Assembly (NCBI GenBank): GCA_964493715.1
Contig: CAZBPC010000091.1
Coordinates: forward strand, 1 to 12,951
Source of the DNA: an uncultured archaeon
Lineage (GTDB): Archaea > Asgardarchaeota > Lokiarchaeia > Sigyniarchaeales > SOKP01
Reading direction: 5' to 3'
DNA length: 12,951 nucleotides
Part shown: piece after piece, positions 6,732 to 12,951 of the stretch
How positions within the stretch are numbered: the first letter of the stretch is position 1
How the letters are laid out: the number at the start of each line of letters is the position of its first letter
Position numbers and translations under genes: made by a program
The notes under the pieces: model-generated
The model's input: the letters and a program-made list of their open reading frames with translations, nothing else
Told to the model about the DNA's origin: nothing
The model's database searches: none

Positions 6732-7630
6732 TGATAGGAAAGAGAATGACGATAATTGGTGGTTCAGGTGGAATGGGAAAAGTTTTTGGAAGATTATTTC
6801 AAAATTATGGATTTGAAATTACACTTTTTGCACGAGATAAAGAAAAATTAACTCAAGCTGCTCTTGAGCTTAATATGGAGTATTCGTTGGATCTTGAGGA
6901 ATGCGTAAAAAAAGCAGATATAATAATGATATCCATACCAATTACATCGACAGCTCAAATGATTAAGAAAATTGGCCCCATGATGAAAAGAGATGCAATT
7001 TTATTCGATATTACCTCTCTTAAAACAATGGTGTTTAATATACTTCAAGATATGTGCTCTAAATATCCCATTAATTGTATATCACTACATCCCATGTTTG
7101 GACCAGGTATAAAAGATATGAAAAACTACAATATGATTGCCTTAAAGGTAGGAGGGACGAGCAACTATAACTTGCTGATTGAAGAATTATTATCAATTTT
7201 CCAATCGGAAGGACTAATAATCATTACAACTACTCCCGAAGAACATGATAGGACTATGGCCTTAACCTTAGCCGTTCCACATATGGTAAACATTGTCTAT
7301 TTAACCCTACTTAAAAAATCGGGAATACCTTTAAATGAATTGACAAGATTTACAGGTACAACCTTTCTACTTCAAAAAGTGTTCGCAGAAAGCATCATTC
7401 AAAGAGAAATGGAAATGTTTGGAGAAATACAAATGGAAAATGTGGAATTTTATAAAATCCTAGATCTTTTCGAAGAAGTTATAAGTAAATATAAAAAGAT
7501 AATACAAAGTAAAGATAAAAGCAAATTTTATGAGATTTTTCAAGAAGGATTGGCATATTCTCGTGAGGATAACCATTTTAAAAATTCTTATAAGTACTTC
7601 TATGAGTTCATGAAAATCTTGAAAAATTAA
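6731..7630 (+). CDS. tyrA: Prephenate (or arogenate) dehydrogenase, monofunctional TyrA
   Basis: IIGGSGGMG Rossmann motif, DITSLK, HPMFGP and EEHD..MA motifs. No chorismate mutase domain. TAATG overlap with aroE. Confidence 0.9.
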   Translation: MIGKRMTIIGGSGGMGKVFGRLFQNYGFEITLFARDKEKLTQAALELNMEYSLDLEECVKKADIIMISIPITSTAQMIKKIGPMMKRDAILFDITSLKTMVFNILQDMCSKYPINCISLHPMFGPGIKDMKNYNMIALKVGGTSNYNLLIEELLSIFQSEGLIIITTTPEEHDRTMALTLAVPHMVNIVYLTLLKKSGIPLNELTRFTGTTFLLQKVFAESIIQREMEMFGEIQMENVEFYKILDLFEEVISKYKKIIQSKDKSKFYEIFQEGLAYSREDNHFKNSYKYFYEFMKILKN

Positions 7631-7646
7631 GAAGATTAATTCATGA

Positions 7647-7730
7647 TAAATCTGGTTATATCGCAAATTGTCTCGGGGAAACTCATTTTACTTGATGATA
7701 AAGCGTGAGTAAAACGAGATTGTTGATTTA
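7647..7730. other. Candidate structured RNA / nested inverted-repeat element
   Basis: TCTCG (7671-75)/CGAGA (7715-19) encloses either ACTCA/TGAGT, or GGG-GAAA-CTC plus TTTTAC/GTAAAA. Outer pair TAAATC (7647-52)/GATTTA (7725-30). GC is 30/80 over 7661-7740 versus 7/70 over 7741-7810. Confidence 0.4.
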
Positions 7731-7812
7731 GAAATCGGTCAAGTTATTTATTTAATAATCATTTATTTAAGAGATAAAAAACATTATTTTTATTATAGTA
7801 TTAGATTAATGA

Positions 7813-8430
7813 ATGAAAAAAATGAATAAGAAATCTTTTTTCATAGTTTTGGATGGAATTGATGGATCGGGAACAACCACACATAGTAGCATGTTAGTAA
7901 GTTATTTAGAAATGCTTGGTCTAAAAACTCATTTAACTCAAGAGCCCTCAAAAAATGAAATTGGTCTTTTAGTACGCCAATATCTAAAAAACAAAGAAAT
8001 TCCTGCAAGTACCGATGCCTTACTATTTGCTGCTGATAGAGATTTACATTATAAAAAAGAAATTAAACCAAAATTAGATCAAGGATTCATTGTTGTTTCT
8101 GATAGATATATAGAATCGTCGATAATCTACCAATCGGTTCAATCCGATGAAATTTCTATTGAATGGATAAAACAGATTAATAAGTTTGCACAAATCCCCG
8201 ATTTAACGATAATTTTAGATATAGATCCAAAACTATCATTAGCACGTAAATCTCAAGAGATTTTGGAAAAATTTGAAGATACAAAATTCTTAGATAAAGT
8301 AAGAACTCTATATTTAGACCGAGCTAAAGAGGAAGGATATTATATCGTTAATACAAATGAGATAATTGAAATTGTACAACAAAATATTCAAACTATTGTT
8401 ATTAAAAAATTAAAGGAAAAAGGATTTTAG
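7813..8430 (+). CDS. tmk: Thymidylate kinase
   Basis: FIVLDGIDGSGTTT (P-loop variant), TQEPS, LLFAADR..H, VVSDRY..SS..YQ and PDLTIILD motifs. Start is 7813 or 7822. Confidence 0.92.
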   Translation: MKKMNKKSFFIVLDGIDGSGTTTHSSMLVSYLEMLGLKTHLTQEPSKNEIGLLVRQYLKNKEIPASTDALLFAADRDLHYKKEIKPKLDQGFIVVSDRYIESSIIYQSVQSDEISIEWIKQINKFAQIPDLTIILDIDPKLSLARKSQEILEKFEDTKFLDKVRTLYLDRAKEEGYYIVNTNEIIEIVQQNIQTIVIKKLKEKGF

Positions 8431-8507
8431 AATACTAAAAAATAAATTTTTATTTTAATTTTAGAAATCTGATTAGATTTTCAATTACACTATAAATTTT
8501 ACTCAAA

Positions 8508-9809
8508 TTGGAGTCTTATAAAAATTCTGAACAACTGCATCGTGAACTACCTAATTTTAAAAAAGAAACATTATTTGAATATATAACTAAATTCAGTTTT
8601 CCTCGGCTAGCAGGAACAGAAGGGGAAAAAAAAGCAGTCAAATTAACAATAGAGACCTTTAAAGAGATCGGTTTTAAGGATTTTCAAATAAAGAGGAGAA
8701 ATTTCGAATTTTCTGATTTTTATTCTACTACTTTAATTATTTTATTGATGAGCTTGAATCTAATCTTTAACTTGATACTGGTATTATTTGCTTATATTCA
8801 AGCACTATTAAGCTTAATGTTTACCCTTTTTATGGTAATAATAGTGTTATTAATTATAAAAGGGTTAAAACATCCAGAAGAACCTGGATTTTGGGGAGAA
8901 TATTTTGGAGAAACTCTCAGTGCGACAAATGTCTTCACAAAAATCCCCGCGAAATTACTTCCTGAAGATGAAGCAGGAAATATTATAATTTCGGCTCATT
9001 TAGATTCAAAATCACAAACTTATAAGACTTATTGGAGAGTCTTTTTCTACAAAATCTGGGTTTTTGGAGGAATGTCTTTAGGCATCTTTTATGGATTATT
9101 CTTAATTATGATATTTGGAAACATACATTTTGATTACAGAATTACAATATCAGGTGTTTGGACCACAATTGTCTTGGTTTCTACAGCTAACATATTTTTA
9201 ATGTTTCTTAGTACGCACAATAAATCCCCTGGTGCTTTAGATAACGCATCAGGAATGGCCATCGTGTTTGGGTTAAGTAGTCATTATTTAAATAACCCTC
9301 TTGATCATTTCAATTTATGGTTTTGCCAGTTTTCTGCTGAAGAATTAGGAACAATGGGATCTCGCATTTTTGTTGATGATCATGAGAATTTCTTTAAAAA
9401 AGGAAGAATATATACAATAAATAATGATATGGTCTCTTGTGGTTGTCATAAAAAGAATAGAATAGAATATTTCAAATCATATGGTGCTATAATACGGAAA
9501 CTGAATGCACCATTGTTAAGTAAATATCTTGAAATTGCAGCAGGAGAAGAAAATTTGCATATAAAAGGATTTCATTTAAGTACTGGAGCACATACTGATG
9601 CTGTTCCTTTTCATTTAAGGGGTTGGGACGCAATTGATATTACTACTAAAGCTGCAGCACGTTATACTCATACCATTCACGATACACCTGATAAAGTTGA
9701 TCCTCAAATATTAAAAGAAACATGCCATGTTATAAATAAAGCAATAAATCTGATTGATCAAGATTATGAAAAATTATGTAATAATAATGAATTAAACTGT
9801 GAGGCATAA
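8508..9809 (+). CDS. Membrane-anchored M28-family zinc peptidase
   Basis: FPRLAGTEGE, SAHLDS, GALDNASG, SAEELG..GS, INNDMV, TD..PF and HT..DT motifs. Two hydrophobic hairpins (about aa 76-117 and 179-235). TTG start. Confidence 0.85.
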   Translation: MESYKNSEQLHRELPNFKKETLFEYITKFSFPRLAGTEGEKKAVKLTIETFKEIGFKDFQIKRRNFEFSDFYSTTLIILLMSLNLIFNLILVLFAYIQALLSLMFTLFMVIIVLLIIKGLKHPEEPGFWGEYFGETLSATNVFTKIPAKLLPEDEAGNIIISAHLDSKSQTYKTYWRVFFYKIWVFGGMSLGIFYGLFLIMIFGNIHFDYRITISGVWTTIVLVSTANIFLMFLSTHNKSPGALDNASGMAIVFGLSSHYLNNPLDHFNLWFCQFSAEELGTMGSRIFVDDHENFFKKGRIYTINNDMVSCGCHKKNRIEYFKSYGAIIRKLNAPLLSKYLEIAAGEENLHIKGFHLSTGAHTDAVPFHLRGWDAIDITTKAAARYTHTIHDTPDKVDPQILKETCHVINKAINLIDQDYEKLCNNNELNCEA

Positions 9810-11068
9810 TGAGTTTAACAATTACAGAGAAAATATTTAAAAAGCATTGTCAAGTCAAAAACATTTCACCGGGAAATTTTATTGAAGCTGATATTGATTT
9901 AATTATGGTACATGAACAATTAGGAGGAAGAATTAATAAAGAATATGAAAAACTCGGAATAGACTATGTCTGGGATCCTAATAAAATCTTCTTTATCCTC
10001 GATCATTGGGTGCCTGCTCCAACTATTAACGCAGCACGAATGCACCAAGATTGTATTAAATTTGCAGAAAAATATAATTTTGTTCATAATATGGGGATTA
10101 ATAAAGGAATCTGTCATCAAGTTCTACCAGAATTAGGATTTTCAAGACCAGGGATGTTGATAGTTGGTTCTGATAGTCACACAACAACTTATGGTGCTTT
10201 CAATTGTCTTTCGACAGGTATAGGTGCTACTGACGTTTCTGTTGTATTTGCTACTGGAAAATTATGGTTTTTAGTTCCTGAATCTATTAAAGTTGAATTA
10301 ACAGGTAGATTAAATAAAGGTGTTATGTCTAAGGATTTCATCTTAACTATGATTGGAGAAATCTCGACCAAAGGTGCTTTATATAAAGCGCTAGAATTTC
10401 ATGGAACTGGTTCTTCTTGGTTATCAATTGATTCTCGGATGACAATCGCAAATATGGTTGTAGAAGCGGGTGCTAAATTTGGAATTTTTCTACCCGATGA
10501 AAAACTCAAATTATGGTTAAGAAATAGGACCTCTCAAACTTATGAATTTGTAAAACCAGATGAAAAAGCGGAATACGAGAATGACTTAAATTATGATTTA
10601 TCAAGTATAACCCCAGTAGTAGCTAAACCATCGAATCCCGGAAATTTAGCGTCTATAGAAGAAGTTCAAGGTGAGGAAATAGATCAAGCATTCTTAGGAA
10701 GTTGCACTAATGGAAGAATGGAGGATTTACGCATTGCCGCTAGAATATTGAAAGGGAAAAAAATACATCCAAAAACAAGATTAATAATCACTCCCGCATC
10801 ACGAGAAATATTTATGAACGCTATGGCAGAAGGGCTAATTGAAATCTTTTTGAATGCTGGTGCTGTTGTTACGCATTCTACTTGTGGGGCATGCATAGGT
10901 GGTCACTTAGGTGTGTTAGGACCCGATGAAAGATGTATTAGTAGCACAAATCGAAATTTTATTGGAAGGATGGGGGATCCCACATCTGAAATTTTCTTAG
11001 CATCACCAGCAACCGTAGCTGCATCAGCTTTAAAGGGAAAAATATCTGATCCTCGGGAGGTGCTATAA
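9809..11068 (+). CDS. leuC: Aconitase-family hydro-lyase large subunit (3-isopropylmalate dehydratase / homoaconitase LeuC-HacA type)
   Basis: DHWVP, GICHQV, GSDSHTTTYGA, GSCTNGR, CGACIG (three [4Fe-4S] Cys), STNRNF.GRMG and LASP motifs; short 419-aa archaeal-type form. The symbol indicates the family only; substrate is uncertain. Confidence 0.9.
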   Translation: MSLTITEKIFKKHCQVKNISPGNFIEADIDLIMVHEQLGGRINKEYEKLGIDYVWDPNKIFFILDHWVPAPTINAARMHQDCIKFAEKYNFVHNMGINKGICHQVLPELGFSRPGMLIVGSDSHTTTYGAFNCLSTGIGATDVSVVFATGKLWFLVPESIKVELTGRLNKGVMSKDFILTMIGEISTKGALYKALEFHGTGSSWLSIDSRMTIANMVVEAGAKFGIFLPDEKLKLWLRNRTSQTYEFVKPDEKAEYENDLNYDLSSITPVVAKPSNPGNLASIEEVQGEEIDQAFLGSCTNGRMEDLRIAARILKGKKIHPKTRLIITPASREIFMNAMAEGLIEIFLNAGAVVTHSTCGACIGGHLGVLGPDERCISSTNRNFIGRMGDPTSEIFLASPATVAASALKGKISDPREVL

Positions 11069-11070
11069 TA

Positions 11071-11571
11071 ATGGAAAATATTGAGGGTACGATTTATATT
11101 TTAGGGGACGACATTAATACTGATGATATCGTACCTAGCTATACATTGACAATGAGAGATCCTAATGAAATGACCAAACATGTTTTAGAATTTATTGATC
11201 CTGACTTTACGCAAAAAATTGCTCAGAGATCCATAATTATAGGCGGATATAATTTTGGGACTGGAAGTTCCCGAGAAGAAGCGGTAAATGTATTTAAAAT
11301 TCTCGGGATAAAGGCCATCATTGCAAAATCGTTTTCAAGGATATACTTTCGAAATCTTATTAATAATGGAATTGCTGCAATCAAATGTGATTGGGATGAA
11401 GCACTATTTTCGGATGGAGATCAAGTAAAAATCTCGATTGAAAATGGGATAATTTTCAATAAATCAAAAAATCTTAATATTCAGTACAAAAAGTTACCTC
11501 AATTTTTGAAAGAAATACTGGAATCTGGTGGAATATTAAATCAGCTAAAACAAAAATTACAATCAAATTAA
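11071..11571 (+). CDS. leuD: Aconitase-family hydro-lyase small subunit (LeuD-HacB type)
   Basis: GDDINTDDIVP, NFGTGSSREEA, SFSRIYFRN.IN.G and GG motifs; starts 2 nt after the large-subunit stop. Confidence 0.9.
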   Translation: MENIEGTIYILGDDINTDDIVPSYTLTMRDPNEMTKHVLEFIDPDFTQKIAQRSIIIGGYNFGTGSSREEAVNVFKILGIKAIIAKSFSRIYFRNLINNGIAAIKCDWDEALFSDGDQVKISIENGIIFNKSKNLNIQYKKLPQFLKEILESGGILNQLKQKLQSN

Positions 11572-11606
11572 TCAAGCATTTTCATCTTAGATTTCTCTTC
11601 TGAGTT

Positions 11607-11870
11607 TTACCCTTTTTCATATATTATTCCTGTTCCGCCTGATGGATAATGAAATTTAATGGCATCAGCTTCACAAACTTGATAACATGCTGCGCATTCT
11701 AAACATTTCTCTTTATAATCTTCTGAAATAGAAATAATATTATCAATCTTACGCCATAAATTAACCACACAAACTAGAATGCATTGCCCGCATCTGTTAC
11801 ATCTATTTTGATCAATGAATATAAAATCCCCTGTGCCAGGTATATGTTTTGTTAAACCATTGGTTTTCAC
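11607..11870 (-). CDS. FixX-like 2x[4Fe-4S] ferredoxin
   Basis: CNRCGQCILVC and CLECAACYQVC motifs; C-terminal YPSGGTGIIYEKG tail typical of FixX. GTG start in a GTGA overlap with the upstream gene. Confidence 0.88.
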   Translation of the reverse strand: MKTNGLTKHIPGTGDFIFIDQNRCNRCGQCILVCVVNLWRKIDNIISISEDYKEKCLECAACYQVCEADAIKFHYPSGGTGIIYEKG

Positions 11871-12951
11871 GTATCATCCCTCATTAATTTTTTTTTCTTG
11901 GGAATTAAATCCATTAACTTGGGAAGTGCAGATATTAATTTCTGAGGGTCCATTATTTTATCCAGATCGTCCTCAAAAATTTTAGCTACAAGTGGAAAGA
12001 CATATCTCATTATGAAAGGTAGAGCTTTAGGCATGTATGATTTAATTTGTGATGCTATCTGTCGAACTCGTTTTGCATGTGGTTGAGACCAATCATAAAT
12101 TCCTCCCATTACCTCCATAAACATTGGAACAAACCAAGTCATTGTTTCTTGTGGACTGAAAGGGAGTGCTTTCCAAATATTATATAATTCTTCTCCAGCT
12201 TCGAATTCTTCACCGATAGATGTATGTTTCCATACTTTGTCATATTTTGAGAGAAAGTCTTTTGAAAAATCTTCAGAGGTGATTGCCTCTGCTGCCACTT
12301 CTGCTGCAGCTTTCCCAGTTACCATTGCGGGATATATCCCTTCTGCTTCAAGTGGACAAGGAAATCCTCCTGCATCGCCCACTAAGATAATTCCATCAGT
12401 GTGCGTGCTATATGGATATTTTAACCATGGAAGAAGGTGAGATTGAAGTTCTCTTGGTTTGGCATTCAATATTCTTAATAATCTTTGATAATACTTGAGG
12501 TTTATTACGCGATTTAGATAAAATAGAGGATTCTTATCCCATTTATTTAACCAATTGCCAAGACCTTGATGAAAACCATCATGAAAGAACACTTGATAAG
12601 AAGCTGGAAAAATGGCAGACCACCATACTGCTAGAGTTTCATCCCCCATGATATCATCAATATTATTAGGGCTTGCTTGAAAATCATATTGGGGTACCAC
12701 TGTAATTTGATCCTGTGCCCATTTAGTCCTTAATCCACTTTGTTTTGCAATCATCGAAACTGCTCCGTCAGCTCCAATAACGATAGGTGCTTGATACTTA
12801 TCATTGTGTTCATCAATTACACCACACACTTTTCCATCTTTTTTCAAGAGATCAGTAATTAATGTTGATGTTTTTAGTTCAGCACCTGCATTCACAGCAA
12901 ACTCTGCAATCCAAGGATCAAACTCACTTCGGTAACAATTCATCGTAATCC
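11867..12951 (-). CDS. FAD-dependent oxidoreductase, FixC / geranylgeranyl reductase family (5' truncated by window edge)
   Basis: R.EFD.W.A..A..AGA, VIGADG..S, LVGDAGG..PL.AEGI..AM.TG..AA motifs. The frame stays open past 12943 to the window end, and the N-terminal GxGxxG motif is not in view. Confidence 0.87.
   Translation of the reverse strand, partial: ITMNCYRSEFDPWIAEFAVNAGAELKTSTLITDLLKKDGKVCGVIDEHNDKYQAPIVIGADGAVSMIAKQSGLRTKWAQDQITVVPQYDFQASPNNIDDIMGDETLAVWWSAIFPASYQVFFHDGFHQGLGNWLNKWDKNPLFYLNRVINLKYYQRLLRILNAKPRELQSHLLPWLKYPYSTHTDGIILVGDAGGFPCPLEAEGIYPAMVTGKAAAEVAAEAITSEDFSKDFLSKYDKVWKHTSIGEEFEAGEELYNIWKALPFSPQETMTWFVPMFMEVMGGIYDWSQPHAKRVRQIASQIKSYMPKALPFIMRYVFPLVAKIFEDDLDKIMDPQKLISALPKLMDLIPKKKKLMRDDT

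Noticed and set aside
7686-7714. SECIS element or hammerhead ribozyme interpretation of the tyrA-tmk structure
   Set aside because: The helix above the putative G-A tandem is too short for a SECIS, and neighbouring genes have no in-frame TGA. The hammerhead core would need CTGATGA with proper stems I-III, but here it is TTGATGA without convincing stems.
8439-8456. Inverted repeat AAAATAAA-TT-TTTATTTT after tmk
   Set aside because: Pure A/T and low complexity; at most part of a T-rich terminator, and not distinguishable from background.
3429-11869. Selenocysteine or pyrrolysine read-through at TGA/TAG stops (sdaAB, 4604 ORF, flavin reductase, tmk, FixC-like)
   Set aside because: The recognisable proteins are full length at their stops, three of the TGAs are part of normal gene overlaps, and none falls at a catalytic Cys position.
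5981-12440. Short antisense ORFs (5981-6220, 6293-6499, 7460-7666, 9920-10120, 10189-10371, 10684-10896, 12237-12440)
   Set aside because: They overlap conserved genes on the opposite strand, and their compositions are typical of shadow frames.
1-12951. CRISPR array, tRNA/rRNA, IS element or prophage
   Set aside because: No regularly spaced repeats, cloverleaf or rRNA-like GC-rich tracts, transposase/integrase motifs or terminal inverted repeats were seen.

Overview
Low-GC, gene-dense prokaryotic window of mostly metabolic genes. It is most consistent with an anaerobic archaeon, probably Asgard/Lokiarchaeia-like. This is an inference from archaeal-style TyrA, HacAB/LeuCD-type and GGR/FixC-FixX genes, T-tract intergenic signals and several bacterial-type enzymes; no marker gene proves it. 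Gene order: 3' part of a zinc-LID adenylate kinase, type I dehydroquinase (aroD), a 57-aa zinc-ribbon ORF missing from the ORF track (1250-1423, minus strand), glycerophosphodiester phosphodiesterase, split Fe-S L-serine dehydratase (sdaAB-sdaAA), an orphan ORF, a flavin reductase-aroK pair divergent from aroE-tyrA, thymidylate kinase with an atypical P-loop, an intramembrane-anchored M28 peptidase translationally coupled to a divergent LeuC/LeuD-like hydro-lyase, and a convergent FixC/GGR-like flavoprotein (partial) plus FixX-like ferredoxin. I saw no rRNA, tRNA, CRISPR array or mobile element. Best leads: a GC-enriched structured element between tyrA and tmk, phased palindromes in the aroK/aroE divergent promoter, flavin reductase coupling to the shikimate genes, the M28-LeuCD unit with altered substrate motifs, and the small zinc-ribbon gene. 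None is a proven novel system.
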